Positions 40,064-49,841 of a stretch of DNA of 64,000 nucleotides are shown piece after piece. The notes under the pieces are model-generated. The model did no database searches. It was not told the DNA's origin and saw only the letters and a program-made list of their open reading frames with translations. The stretch spans positions 4,145,045 through 4,209,044 of the forward strand of contig OZ244846.1 of NCBI GenBank assembly GCA_965220815.1, in the 5' to 3' direction. Position 1 is the stretch's first letter; each line of letters starts with the position of its first letter. The stretch is from Gammaproteobacteria bacterium. GTDB lineage: Bacteria > Pseudomonadota > Gammaproteobacteria > Eutrophobiales > Eutrophobiaceae. A program made the translations under genes and the position numbers.

Positions 40064-40552
40064 TTACGGCGTATTGTTATTCCCCATATCCAGGATAATC
40101 TTCCATGTGCCGTCGTCCTGGCGTTCCCATAACAGGATATATTTGCCTTGTCGCGGGTTAGTCCAATTTTCGGCACCTGCGTCTTCAGGAACAAAATTGG
40201 CGACAAAATTGCCGCGTGTGAGCGCCCAGTCGCCCTCCGTAATCACAGAATCGACGGTTACGTCCAGTTGCTCAATATTGAAAGTGCTGTGAACGGTCTC
40301 CGCAAACCGGCGCAGCGCCTGCTTTCCCTCAAGTACCGGTAACGTGTTATGCATGCCGACTGCATCATCGGCAAAGATGTCCAACCAGCGTTCAGTATCA
40401 CCCGATTTATACGGCTTGATATAAGAATTGAGCACCAAATGTTCGAAATCCGGAAGGGGTACATCATGCTGCTCCCGTTTGGAGCAACCAGGCACCAGCA
40501 GCAGTAATACCAACATGAGAATCACTAAGAAATATTTATCCTCCCTGCCCAT
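40064..40552 (-). CDS. SnoaL-like / DUF4440 (NTF2 superfamily) putative lipoprotein
   Basis: N-terminus MGREDKYFLVILMLVLLLLVPGC (lipobox-like). NTF2-like core. Start chosen at ATG 40552. The ORF track begins at TTG 40639. Confidence 0.5.
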   Translation of the reverse strand: MGREDKYFLVILMLVLLLLVPGCSKREQHDVPLPDFEHLVLNSYIKPYKSGDTERWLDIFADDAVGMHNTLPVLEGKQALRRFAETVHSTFNIEQLDVTVDSVITEGDWALTRGNFVANFVPEDAGAENWTNPRQGKYILLWERQDDGTWKIILDMGNNNTP

Positions 40553-40666
40553 GCAATTCAAATAATTATCGGGAGTCAGATAAAGTTGTGTAATCAGCAT
40601 ATCTTCAGTTTCATGATAATAGTTCCCCCATGATAACAACGGACATAGCGATATTAAAGCTACGAA

Positions 40667-41233
40667 ATGGCTGCAATTTATTATCGGACTATGTCATTAC
40701 AACGTATTGACAAAATGCCGGATGCCTGGCATGATGCAGTCATGCCAAAGACCAGCCAGCTTCAAATCCGAATTGATGCCGACCAGAAAGAACGTATCCG
40801 GCAACGCGCGCAGAATGCGGGAATGGATATATCGAAATGGGTGTTGCGCCAACTCCTGCCTCCTGCCGGGGAACGTTTTCAAACGCTTTGCAAAGAACTC
40901 GCAGAAAAGCGCACGCTACGCGCCTACACGCTTGCGGAGTTACACGATTTCTTCAAATGCCTTGAACCACGGGAATTTTCCAGGGCGATGCAATATCCCC
41001 CTGCTGCTCAACTACCGTCCTTTGAAGCAAACTACCTGGCGGCGATGATTGAATATGCCGCTGCCGCAAGAAATGTGCCTGTCCCCGAGTGGGTGAAAAA
41101 TACAGAACCTCTCCAGACGCCCTGGTTTGCTTCATCCCTGCAAGGCCTGCGGTTGTACTTGTTGACACACTCCCCGCCTGCTTTTCGCCGGCGCAACCTT
41201 TTTGTCGACAGCAGTGTCGGAGAACGGATTTAA
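40667..41233 (+). CDS. ribbon-helix-helix (CopG/Arc-like) domain protein with an all-helical C-terminal extension, putative antitoxin / regulator
   Basis: KTSQLQIRIDADQKERIRQRAQNAGMDISKWVLRQLL is a canonical RHH beta-alpha-alpha. C-terminal RLYLLTH (Rx5H). Likely true start at M26 (ATG 40742). Confidence 0.5.
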   Translation: MAAIYYRTMSLQRIDKMPDAWHDAVMPKTSQLQIRIDADQKERIRQRAQNAGMDISKWVLRQLLPPAGERFQTLCKELAEKRTLRAYTLAELHDFFKCLEPREFSRAMQYPPAAQLPSFEANYLAAMIEYAAAARNVPVPEWVKNTEPLQTPWFASSLQGLRLYLLTHSPPAFRRRNLFVDSSVGERI

Positions 41234-41763
41234 TGGCGCTGCAAAAGGATGAGATTCACCGTTTACTGGAACGCCTCAATGATGAACTGGCCCGTGCAGG
41301 TATTACCGGAGAGTTGTACCTGGTGGGTGGCGCCGTTATGTGCCTGGCATTCAATGCGCGCCAATCAACCCGGGACCTTGATGGCTTTTTCAAACCGGCG
41401 CGTGCTGTGCGTTCGGCAGCAAAACGTGTCGCTGCAGCTCTGGGACTGGATGAAAACTGGCTCAACGATGCCGTGAAAGGATACCTGAGCAGTCAGGACG
41501 ACTTTCAGGAATACCTTGATCTTTCAAATCTACGGGTGATGATTGCAGGTCCCGAATACCTGCTGGCCATGAAATGTCTGGCCCTGCGTCTTGGTGAAGA
41601 ATTCCACGATGAGGCTGATGTGCGTTTCCTGCTCCGTTATCTGAATATTCCGAGTTACCAAAAAGCATTGGATATCATCTGTCAATATTACCCGTTGGAG
41701 CGATTCCCGCAAAAGACGCTGTACGCGTTGGAAGAAATGGTAGACGATTTGGTTCCGGATTAG
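41233..41763 (+). CDS. minimal nucleotidyltransferase-fold protein (Pol-beta superfamily; AbiEii / DUF1814-like motif), putative toxin
   Basis: LYLVGGAVMCLAF…RQSTRDLDGFF gives a GG…[ST]xDxD NTase signature. ATG overlaps the upstream stop (TAATG). Confidence 0.5.
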   Translation: MALQKDEIHRLLERLNDELARAGITGELYLVGGAVMCLAFNARQSTRDLDGFFKPARAVRSAAKRVAAALGLDENWLNDAVKGYLSSQDDFQEYLDLSNLRVMIAGPEYLLAMKCLALRLGEEFHDEADVRFLLRYLNIPSYQKALDIICQYYPLERFPQKTLYALEEMVDDLVPD

Positions 41764-41823
41764 CAGGTTGTCCCAGGTTCCATACCATCAATCAGATATG
41801 CCTGAGGAAGCTCTGACTTAGTC

Positions 41824-43359
41824 TCAGAGGTTCCCTGACTTCAGTTTGGCAAGATACTCTTCTTTTATGTGCTTCTTCTTGATCTTGCCGGAATCCTCGC
41901 GGGGCAGCCGATCAACAAACTCATAAATTCCGGGAACCTTATAGTCCGCAATCCTGATCTTGAGATAAGCCGCTACTTCATCTTTGTCCAGCATCCCCGT
42001 ATTCTCGATGATCGCCACCAGTTTTTCGCCGAACTCCGCGTCCGGGATGCCGAATACGGCACAATCGATAACATCTTCCATGGCGAGCAATTCCGCCTCG
42101 ATCTCTGCCGGATAAATATTGACGCCACCGGAAATCACCATATCCGATTGACGGGACGAAACAAACAGGAAACCCTCCTCATCCAGGTAACCGATGTCGC
42201 CTGTAACCAGAAAGCCGTTCTGGTGTAACCCCGAGGCTTTCTGTGCGTTCAGGTAAGTAACACAATCGGTACCCTCATGTTTTACACAGATAATTCCTTC
42301 TTCGAGAGGCTTGAGTCGGTTTCCCCGTTTGTCACGGATTTCAATTGCCACACCGGGAGCGGGGCAGCCGACCGTTCCCGGGCGTTCAAGCCACTGGCGG
42401 GAGGTTGAACAGGTAATGATGCCGGTTTCAGTCATGGCGTAATATTCGTGGATCACGTCTCCCCACCAATCAATCATGTGTCTTTTGACATCTGCCGGAC
42501 AAGGCGCTGCGCCGTGGGTTACGTGAACCAGAGAATCATGCCGGTATTTTGTCCGAACCTCATCGGGTAAGGCCAGCAGCCGCACAAACATGGTGGGCAC
42601 CAGGTGAAGGTGGGTGATTTCATACCGCTCTATCAATGCCAGCAAGCCTTCCGCATTGAAACGCGGCGCCAGGACCAGCGTACCCCCGGATTGCAGGACC
42701 ATGTTGGCGTAGCCGTTGGGCGCGGAATGGTACAGGGGCCCGGTCATTACCGAACGGATGGGGGTTTGGTCGAAGCCCCAGGCATAGCTTGTCCTGGCGC
42801 TGATCCTGGCGGCTATTTCAGGGGTTACGTTGTTGCGCAACACGGCCTTCGGCCTGCCGCTGCTGCCGGAGGTATAAAACAGGGGCGGTCTGAAATTCTT
42901 ATCCAGATATGCATGCGGCCTGCTCTCTTCCATCCAGTCATCCCAGTTCAGGAAACGGGGATCGCGTATATGCTCTCCAGGTTTGGCTCCGTAACCCTGC
43001 AGGATTTCAGCCGGCGGGTTTACCACGACCACTGGGATGTCTTTTATAACCTCCACCAACTCTTCAGTGAGCAAATCGGCATGGACAATTACGGCCCCGG
43101 CCCGGCAATCGGTCAGGATGAAATCGACCTCCGCCGGTTTCAAGTGCCAGTTGATCGGCACTACATCGAAACCGAGGTAGTGAGATGCCTCATGGATTAT
43201 GAAGTAGGGAATATCGTTACGTAACATGACCGCAACGGCGTCATTCTCCCGGATGCCCATGGACTGCAAGCCGGCAGCGACGCGTCGTGCTGCAGCGTCA
43301 ATGTCCGAGACAGAGCAACTTCGCTCGCCAAAGATCAGGGCGCCCGGGGGCAATTTCAC
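41824..43359 (-). CDS. AMP-dependent synthetase / acyl-CoA ligase
   Basis: AMP-binding motif FYTSGSSGRPKAV. A7 region GYGxTE-like and the A10 lysine. Confidence 0.8.
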   Translation of the reverse strand: MKLPPGALIFGERSCSVSDIDAAARRVAAGLQSMGIRENDAVAVMLRNDIPYFIIHEASHYLGFDVVPINWHLKPAEVDFILTDCRAGAVIVHADLLTEELVEVIKDIPVVVVNPPAEILQGYGAKPGEHIRDPRFLNWDDWMEESRPHAYLDKNFRPPLFYTSGSSGRPKAVLRNNVTPEIAARISARTSYAWGFDQTPIRSVMTGPLYHSAPNGYANMVLQSGGTLVLAPRFNAEGLLALIERYEITHLHLVPTMFVRLLALPDEVRTKYRHDSLVHVTHGAAPCPADVKRHMIDWWGDVIHEYYAMTETGIITCSTSRQWLERPGTVGCPAPGVAIEIRDKRGNRLKPLEEGIICVKHEGTDCVTYLNAQKASGLHQNGFLVTGDIGYLDEEGFLFVSSRQSDMVISGGVNIYPAEIEAELLAMEDVIDCAVFGIPDAEFGEKLVAIIENTGMLDKDEVAAYLKIRIADYKVPGIYEFVDRLPREDSGKIKKKHIKEEYLAKLKSGNL

Positions 43360-44369
43360 GCAAGCAAACCCTGGTCCAGTCCGTCCCGGCCGCGCCTGAT
43401 CAAATCGGCAAAGCCGTCAATATCGATGTTTGAACCACAGACAATGAGCGCGACCCGTTTGCCCCTGAGCCGGTCTGCAAGGGGTCCGAATGCAGCAGCC
43501 GTGGTGGCGGCGCCGGCAGGTTCGACCGCCAGTTTCATGTGCTCAAACAGGATGGCGGCCGCGGCGGCAAGCTCGTCGTCCGATACCAGGACCAGGTCGT
43601 CCAAAGAACGCTCGCACATCGCATAGCAGTAGTCGGCGGTGAACGGCGGGGCCAGGCTGTCGGCTATCGTTGACAGTTCAGTCAGGCTCTGTGGCGAACC
43701 CGCTTCCAGGCTCTTCTTCATCACGGCGGCCCCTTCGGGTTCAACACCGTAAACCTTGCAGTCCGGATTCAGCAACCCGGTTACCACCCCGACACCGGAA
43801 CACAAGCCACCGCCGCCGATGGGCACAACCACGGCGTCCAGGTCTGCTACCGCAGCGTGCAACTCAAGGCCGCAGGCGCCGGTGGCTTCCGTAATCCGCT
43901 TGCCTTCGAAAGGGTGGATAAAGGTCCGCCCTTCCTTTTCCACTATTTCCTCAACCATGGCGAAGCCCACAGGCCCGTTCTCCGCTATCAGGATCTCTGC
44001 GCCCAGGGCGCGGGCGATCTCAACCCGGGCCGGGTTGGCGCTGGCCTGCATCACCACTTTTGCGCTGGTATCGACACAGCGCGCCGCGTAGGCGGCGGCA
44101 ATGGCGTGGTTGCCCGCGCTCATCGCGGTAATGCCCCGGGCAAGCTGGCCGGACGACAGGGCCAGCACGTTATTGACCGCGCCGCGGACCTTGAACGTAC
44201 CGGTCCGCTGGAACAACTCCAGCTTCAGGAATAACTCCGTGTCCGGTCCGAGCCGGGAGGCGACCGTATCCCCCTCCCAATGGAAGACCGGTGTCACCCG
44301 GGTGTAGGGTTTCAGCCTCTCGGCGGTTAAACGGAATTCTTCCAGGGTAGGGGGACTGTGCTCATTCAT
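43356..44369 (-). CDS. PLP-dependent serine / threonine dehydratase family protein
   Basis: Lys-PLP motif GTFKVRGA. Glycine-rich GGGGL loop. Fold-type II PLP enzyme. Confidence 0.75.
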   Translation of the reverse strand: MNEHSPPTLEEFRLTAERLKPYTRVTPVFHWEGDTVASRLGPDTELFLKLELFQRTGTFKVRGAVNNVLALSSGQLARGITAMSAGNHAIAAAYAARCVDTSAKVVMQASANPARVEIARALGAEILIAENGPVGFAMVEEIVEKEGRTFIHPFEGKRITEATGACGLELHAAVADLDAVVVPIGGGGLCSGVGVVTGLLNPDCKVYGVEPEGAAVMKKSLEAGSPQSLTELSTIADSLAPPFTADYCYAMCERSLDDLVLVSDDELAAAAAILFEHMKLAVEPAGAATTAAAFGPLADRLRGKRVALIVCGSNIDIDGFADLIRRGRDGLDQGLLA

Positions 44370-44398
44370 TCGACAATGCCGTCACGCAGGAAACATCA

Positions 44399-45496
44399 TT
44401 ACTTGTCAATCAGGCCTGCAAGCGCTTGGCGTATAACCTGCTCCGAGCGAAACCATACCGATGCCCGCCATTCCGGATCATCAGGAAAATGGCTCTCCAG
44501 CACTCGTGACTTGATTTCCTTTCCCGGTTCGCTGTCCACGTCACCATGATACGTCAACCAGTGGTCATCGACCAGCGCACGCAGGTTGACGTCCTGAACG
44601 TCGCTGGTGCCAAACTCCAGAACGATGGAAACAATATCCCTGTCATTGCCGGGTTTGCCGTTTGCAAGTACCGCCGACAGGCCGTCGCTGGGATGGCCGG
44701 TCGCGGGATGATGTTGCCGTTCAGGATCGCAGCCCCGTTCACGCGGCGCTACCAGCCACCTTCCGAATATTTCCCTCGCGGCGCGTAACCGCTCACCCGT
44801 ATGCATACATACAGCCATACCATAACCGTAGGGACCCAGGCCTGAATGGTAATCAACATGGCAGACCTTGCGGGCACCTCCGCAATACTTGGACAACAGG
44901 CTGCAAAACAACTCGTTCGACCATGTCGCCCCGTTACCCCCGTAGCCGAATCCTTCCGGGTACACATACTGTCCTCTCATCAGCGCATCAACGAACTTAT
45001 GGTTTTCCTCATCCGATAAGTATCTCGATAACGTGTTGCAGAACCGGGCATACGTCTCTTCCGAAAACAGGTGGTGGATACGCTCATAATCAGGATTTAC
45101 GGGCAACGGTCTGTTGAAATCGACGAAGTTCCGGGCAAGGTCAACGTTATCCTCCGTATTCCGGCGCAGGTGATGTGCGCCCCAAGGGTTGAGCGCGTGG
45201 ATAAAAAGCACGCCTGAGTCCCCCGGTATATCGGCAAACCTGTCCTCCATGAGCAGCCCCGTCTGGCAACCGGAGCCGCACATGAGCTCGGGGCCATGGA
45301 GGCCGGAACTCAGAATCAGCAGCTTATCTGCGCCCTCCTCCCCGATATAAGCGACGTCACAGGCCAGCTCGACGCCACCTGATGCCGATAGCGGGTGAAG
45401 ATGGGTCTCTGTCCTCTGACTTTTTTCCCTGCACGCTGTAAGAAACCGGGATCGCGCACTCTGGTAGTCATGCCTGAAACAGTCGTTTATATCCAT
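44399..45496 (-). CDS. DUF2817 / M14-like zinc carboxypeptidase-fold protein (succinylglutamate desuccinylase / aspartoacylase-like)
   Basis: GLHGPEL (HxxE zinc ligands) and a downstream His. Tight coupling to the upstream AraC gene. Confidence 0.5.
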   Translation of the reverse strand: MDINDCFRHDYQSARSRFLTACREKSQRTETHLHPLSASGGVELACDVAYIGEEGADKLLILSSGLHGPELMCGSGCQTGLLMEDRFADIPGDSGVLFIHALNPWGAHHLRRNTEDNVDLARNFVDFNRPLPVNPDYERIHHLFSEETYARFCNTLSRYLSDEENHKFVDALMRGQYVYPEGFGYGGNGATWSNELFCSLLSKYCGGARKVCHVDYHSGLGPYGYGMAVCMHTGERLRAAREIFGRWLVAPRERGCDPERQHHPATGHPSDGLSAVLANGKPGNDRDIVSIVLEFGTSDVQDVNLRALVDDHWLTYHGDVDSEPGKEIKSRVLESHFPDDPEWRASVWFRSEQVIRQALAGLIDK

Positions 45497-46543
45497 TTAC
45501 ACCGCAATCGGAGCATGTCCGGTCCTTACCTGCCTGGGGGTTACCCCAAAGTGCTTCCGGAACGCAGTGGTAAAATTACTCGAATACTCATAACCCAGGC
45601 TCATGGCGATTTGAGTAATCGTCATTTCCGTATTTGCCAGCAGATCACAGGCCTTCTCCATGCGCGCCCGATGCAGGTAATTATGTACGGTCGTGCCTAC
45701 GGCCTGCCTGAACACCCGCATCAACTGGGTCTCGTTCCAGGACAGGGTTTTGGCCAGTTCACTGATGGTGGGCGCTTTCGACAGGTCATTATCGAGAATT
45801 TCACATATTTCCGCGACGCGTTTGATGTCCCTTTGCCGGAGCGGGGTTTTGTCCGAGCCCGCAGCCGTCCACATTTTTGATAACTGGTCCAGCGTGTAAC
45901 AAAGCAATTCCAGGGTCTTGGCCTCAATCTGCAATTGTTGCAGGCGACCCGTGTAATTCGTCTCGAACAGGGACTTTACCGCAGAGATCATCTCCGGGCG
46001 CATACGCACGGCACAGTAATACATGTCCTTCTGCTCGCCGTACAGGAACTGCCCCAGGGGTGTGGACTTCAATAGCGACGTGCCGGAAATGATTTCTTCC
46101 AGGAACGGCGGCTCACACAACAGGGTGACCGACTGTTCGTGCTGGTGCGCCGGAAAACACTCGATCTTTTTCATGCCCGAAGGCTGGATAAGAACGCCGA
46201 AGGTCATGGGGTCCACCGGCTCAAGTTCTCCCCCCTCGGCGCCTATCTCGCTGCTGCCGCTGTAACGGAAATGGAATTTGACCACGTCATCGCTTTCGCT
46301 CATGTCGCTGTGGGCGTAATCATGTTCCACGTCGCCTATCAGGACCGCCAGCCCTTTCCTGACCATGCAGATGTCTTTTATGCCGTGAGTCTCCGGTACG
46401 GGCGTCGCCAGCCTCAAACCGAAATGACGGTCATAGGGCTGTTGTTCAAGCGGCGCATACTTGGGTGGTATATCCTGGAGCAGTTCAGACGCGGTGTCTC
46501 CCTGTTCAATTCGAACTACGGTTTCCGGTTTGCTTTCAGCCAT
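45497..46543 (-). CDS. AraC-family transcriptional regulator
   Basis: C-terminal AraC HTH (…NYLHRARMEKACDLL…ITQIAMSLGYEYSSNFTTAFRKHFGVTP). Confidence 0.75.
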   Translation of the reverse strand: MAESKPETVVRIEQGDTASELLQDIPPKYAPLEQQPYDRHFGLRLATPVPETHGIKDICMVRKGLAVLIGDVEHDYAHSDMSESDDVVKFHFRYSGSSEIGAEGGELEPVDPMTFGVLIQPSGMKKIECFPAHQHEQSVTLLCEPPFLEEIISGTSLLKSTPLGQFLYGEQKDMYYCAVRMRPEMISAVKSLFETNYTGRLQQLQIEAKTLELLCYTLDQLSKMWTAAGSDKTPLRQRDIKRVAEICEILDNDLSKAPTISELAKTLSWNETQLMRVFRQAVGTTVHNYLHRARMEKACDLLANTEMTITQIAMSLGYEYSSNFTTAFRKHFGVTPRQVRTGHAPIAV

Positions 46544-46636
46544 TAATAAACCTCTACGGTTCTGTTTTGCGCTGTCATTGTCGGCATTCCTGCCAAACGT
46601 ATAATTTTTAACACTGAAAGCAGACTTTATTACATA

Positions 46637-48157
46637 ATGGCACTCATTGACAAACCCGATTGTATGGCCTTAACCATGTTAGCCCATCTACGAAGAAGAG
46701 ATGTATTACGACACCTTGGCGCCCTGGGGGTGACGGGTGCCATCGGCCAGTTGTATTCCGGTTCCCTGTTTGCCGGACCGGACGGTGCTGACGAAAAGCT
46801 GGAACAGTTGGTAACAGGTGACGTCGTCAACCGTAGCGATGACCAGTACGAAGCCTGGCGCAACAGCATGGTCTGGCACCTGAGAAAGCCTGAGCGCTAC
46901 CCGGACACGATCATCCGGGCGCAATCCGAACAGGACGTTATCCGCGCGGTGAAATACGCCACGGACGAAGGACTTAAGGTCTCAGCCCGAAGCAGCGGTC
47001 ACAACTCTACCGGCGCCGCCCTGCGCGACGGCGGCATATTGATTGACCTGGCGCTGTTGCGGGCTGTCGAAATTGATGCTGCTCGTCAAACTGCACGCAT
47101 ACAACCTGCGCTCTGGTCGGAACAGCTTGTGCAGGAAGCCGGCACATACGGCCTCGCGTTCCCGGCCGCCCACTGCCCTACTGTGGCCCTGGGCGGTTAC
47201 CTGCTCGGCGGCGGCATGGGCTGGAATAACGCCCATTGGGGCAGCATCGCCTGTCATTCGATAATAAGCGCTGACATCGTCCTGGCCGGTGGCAGGAAGG
47301 TTACCGCCAGCGCTAATTCTCATCCGGACCTGTTCTGGGCTGTGCGCGGCGTCGGTCCCGGTTTTTTCGGGATCGTCACCGGGTTCGAATTGCAGCTTTA
47401 TCCCTTGCCGGGCGCCATATACACCAGCATGTATATCAGCCCCCTGGACGAACTGCAGACCGTGGTGGCTTCACTGGATGAGCTTAACCGGGTCAAGGAT
47501 GACCGTGTGGAGATACTGGTCCTGCTGATGCACGATCCGCAGGCGCCCGGCGACACACCGCATGGCGAGGCCAAGGTATGTATGGTAGGCGTACAGGCCT
47601 TCGCCGACACGGAAACGGAAGCAAAGTCGATGCTGGCCCCGTTTGCAAAAAGCAAGCTTGCCGCGGCAAGCGTGTTCAAGGTGGAGGAGCAGCCGTCTTC
47701 ATTTGCAAAACTGTATAACCCGGAAAACGTCGATTCCGGGATTGGCCGTTATGCGGTAGATAACATCTGGACCGACGAACCGGGCCGTGCGCTGCTGTCG
47801 CTGGCGGATCATTTCAGGAACACGCCGTCGGCCCGCACCCACGTATTATGCTCGTACGGGGTCAAGGCGGAACTGCGGGATGATGCCTGTTTTTCACGTA
47901 TCGCCGATCACTATGTAGCCAGCTACCTGCTCTGGAACGATGCGGAACACGACGAGGCCAACCACGCCTGGCTGAAACAGACAAACGACCTGCTACAACC
48001 GTACAGCAAGGGCACTTATATCAATGAGATTGAAGCGACTCTGTTTCCGGAGCGGGTCAGGTCCTGTTTTTCCGATGAGAGCTGGGCGCGTCTCGCCGAA
48101 CTGCGTAAAAAATATGATCCCGACAATATCTTTCATACCTGGCTCGGGTATGCATAG
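46637..48157 (+). CDS. FAD-linked oxidase (FAD_binding_4 / berberine-bridge-like), probable Tat substrate
   Basis: N-terminal RRRDVLRHLGALGVTGA twin-arginine-like leader. PCMH-type FAD-binding domain. BBE-like C-terminus. Confidence 0.7.
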   Translation: MALIDKPDCMALTMLAHLRRRDVLRHLGALGVTGAIGQLYSGSLFAGPDGADEKLEQLVTGDVVNRSDDQYEAWRNSMVWHLRKPERYPDTIIRAQSEQDVIRAVKYATDEGLKVSARSSGHNSTGAALRDGGILIDLALLRAVEIDAARQTARIQPALWSEQLVQEAGTYGLAFPAAHCPTVALGGYLLGGGMGWNNAHWGSIACHSIISADIVLAGGRKVTASANSHPDLFWAVRGVGPGFFGIVTGFELQLYPLPGAIYTSMYISPLDELQTVVASLDELNRVKDDRVEILVLLMHDPQAPGDTPHGEAKVCMVGVQAFADTETEAKSMLAPFAKSKLAAASVFKVEEQPSSFAKLYNPENVDSGIGRYAVDNIWTDEPGRALLSLADHFRNTPSARTHVLCSYGVKAELRDDACFSRIADHYVASYLLWNDAEHDEANHAWLKQTNDLLQPYSKGTYINEIEATLFPERVRSCFSDESWARLAELRKKYDPDNIFHTWLGYA

Positions 48158-48168
48158 CATTAATTTTT

Positions 48169-48207
48169 GGGGTCAGAGTAAAACTCTGTGAGTTTTACTC
48201 TGACCCC
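48169..48207. repeat. REP-like element, minimal perfect-hairpin variant
   Basis: GGGGTCAGAGTAAAACT-ctgtg-AGTTTTACTCTGACCCC, a 17-bp perfect stem 12 nt after the oxidase stop. Confidence 0.65.
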
Positions 48208-48231
48208 TACATTACTGGAGGCTCACTGAAA

Positions 48232-48708
48232 ATGCATACAGATAAAGAATATTCTGATCGATTTGCGCAGGAAGTCATCGACCTGCACGTTTTTTTTGAA
48301 GACTGGTTCGGCGGCTACTGCGAGAACAGCGAGGAGGTTTTTGCAGAGCGTCTGCTGGATCGGATGCACGGGGGTTTCAACATTATCCTGCCCGGAGGCA
48401 TGATGATTTACGGGGCCGATTTCTGGCCTGAATTCAGGAAACTGTACGGCAGCAACCCGGATTTTCATATCAGTATCCGCGCCGTTCAAAAGCACCCGCT
48501 TCCCGGTGATTCAATATTTCTGGTGAACTACCAGGAATGGCAGAGGAACGCCCTGCAATCCAAACCACAAGATAACGGGCGGCTGTCCTCGGCTGTTTTT
48601 GTCAACGATGAGGATGCGCCCAACGGCATAAAGTGGTTCCATGTACACGAAACGTGGCTGCCCGATGCCGTTATCGCGGCAGAAACGTACGACTGGCAAC
48701 ACAATTAA
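48232..48708 (+). CDS. hypothetical protein (158 aa)
   Basis: ORF with plausible ATG start, framed between a REP hairpin and an intrinsic terminator. Confidence 0.45.
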   Translation: MHTDKEYSDRFAQEVIDLHVFFEDWFGGYCENSEEVFAERLLDRMHGGFNIILPGGMMIYGADFWPEFRKLYGSNPDFHISIRAVQKHPLPGDSIFLVNYQEWQRNALQSKPQDNGRLSSAVFVNDEDAPNGIKWFHVHETWLPDAVIAAETYDWQHN

Positions 48709-48710
48709 AT

Positions 48711-48745
48711 AAAAGGGGGACAGATTTAAAATCTGTCCCCCTTTT
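48711..48745. terminator. bidirectional rho-independent terminator
   Basis: AAAA-GGGGGACAGAT-ttaaa-ATCTGTCCCCC-TTTT between convergent genes. The T-run overlaps the nucleoside hydrolase stop. Confidence 0.6.
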
Positions 48746-49766
48746 ATTCTGAGCTGAGTAACGTATCGGTCAACCTGTCTTTGAACGCCTGGATGTCCTG
48801 CCACTTCGTGGCGCAGTGAACGATACGGCCGTTCCGGCTGTCCACCACGGTGTAGCCGTCGTCCGTGACGCGCAGGGGCAGGTCTTCCATCACCAGGAAT
48901 TCCTGTGAATACGCTGCATGAACGGCAACGGTATCGAACAGGGTCGTGCTCATCAGGCCCGGATCAGTCCCCGGTTTGATGAAAGGCGCCAGTGGTAGCC
49001 AGATCCGGTAATTCTCGATCAAAGCCTTGAGCCAGGGATCTTCGCTGCGATAGATTCTCTGGTAATTCGCGCCAGTCAATGTTACCAGTCCGCAGGTGTC
49101 CAGCGGCGTGATGGTGCAATCCCAGGGGGCAGCGAATACTTGTTGCAGCGCTGTCGCGTCGGACTTGACGTTCCACTCTGCCGCCGGTGTCGCTACGCCA
49201 TCGTAACCTTTGTATACGGAACCGTGCATACCCACAAAACGGGCATTGCCCGCAATGGCAGGCTCCCGCCTGAGGGCCTCGGCGATATTCGGAACAGGCC
49301 CGATGCATAGCAATGTGACCGGGTCCGGAGATTGCATAACCGTATCGATCAGCGCTTGAACACCATCGCGGTACACCGTACCCGGATAGTCTTCCAGCCG
49401 ATAATCTCCTATCCACCCGCTTTGCCTGCCTGGTTCGTCAACCGGATCAAGCCCCACTCCGACAGGTATATGGGTACAACCGGTAAGCTCCAGCAACTTT
49501 GCAAACAGACGGCAACGATAGATGGCATTGCCGAAATCGCTTACCGCGAGCTTCACGTCAAACTGCGGGGAACGAAGCAGCATCAGCAATGCCCAGGTAT
49601 CGTCTATGTCATCACCGATGTCGGAATCGAGTATGACGGGTATCCTGCGCCCTTGCGCGCCGGGCAAGGACCGGTTTCCGGCAGAACCGGCTATCTGTGG
49701 AATAAGCGTCCCGCCGGCCAGAAGCGCAAGCGATGTTTCAAGAAATGAGCGTCTGGTTACAGTCAT
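48744..49766 (-). CDS. inosine-uridine-preferring nucleoside hydrolase family protein, Tat-exported
   Basis: DSDIGDDIDD (DxDxxxDD) catalytic motif. N-terminal RRSFLETSLALLAGG Tat leader. Confidence 0.8.
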   Translation of the reverse strand: MTVTRRSFLETSLALLAGGTLIPQIAGSAGNRSLPGAQGRRIPVILDSDIGDDIDDTWALLMLLRSPQFDVKLAVSDFGNAIYRCRLFAKLLELTGCTHIPVGVGLDPVDEPGRQSGWIGDYRLEDYPGTVYRDGVQALIDTVMQSPDPVTLLCIGPVPNIAEALRREPAIAGNARFVGMHGSVYKGYDGVATPAAEWNVKSDATALQQVFAAPWDCTITPLDTCGLVTLTGANYQRIYRSEDPWLKALIENYRIWLPLAPFIKPGTDPGLMSTTLFDTVAVHAAYSQEFLVMEDLPLRVTDDGYTVVDSRNGRIVHCATKWQDIQAFKDRLTDTLLSSE

Positions 49767-49782
49767 GGGAACAATAAAAAAG

Positions 49783-49820
49783 GGGTCAGAGTAAAACTCT
49801 GCGAGTTTTACTCTGACCCC
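49783..49820. repeat. REP-like element, minimal perfect-hairpin variant
   Basis: GGGGTCAGAGTAAAACT-ctgcg-AGTTTTACTCTGACCCC. Lies between the TonB receptor stop and the hydrolase start. Confidence 0.65.
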
Positions 49821-49841
49821 GTGGTATCGGCCTCACGGGTA

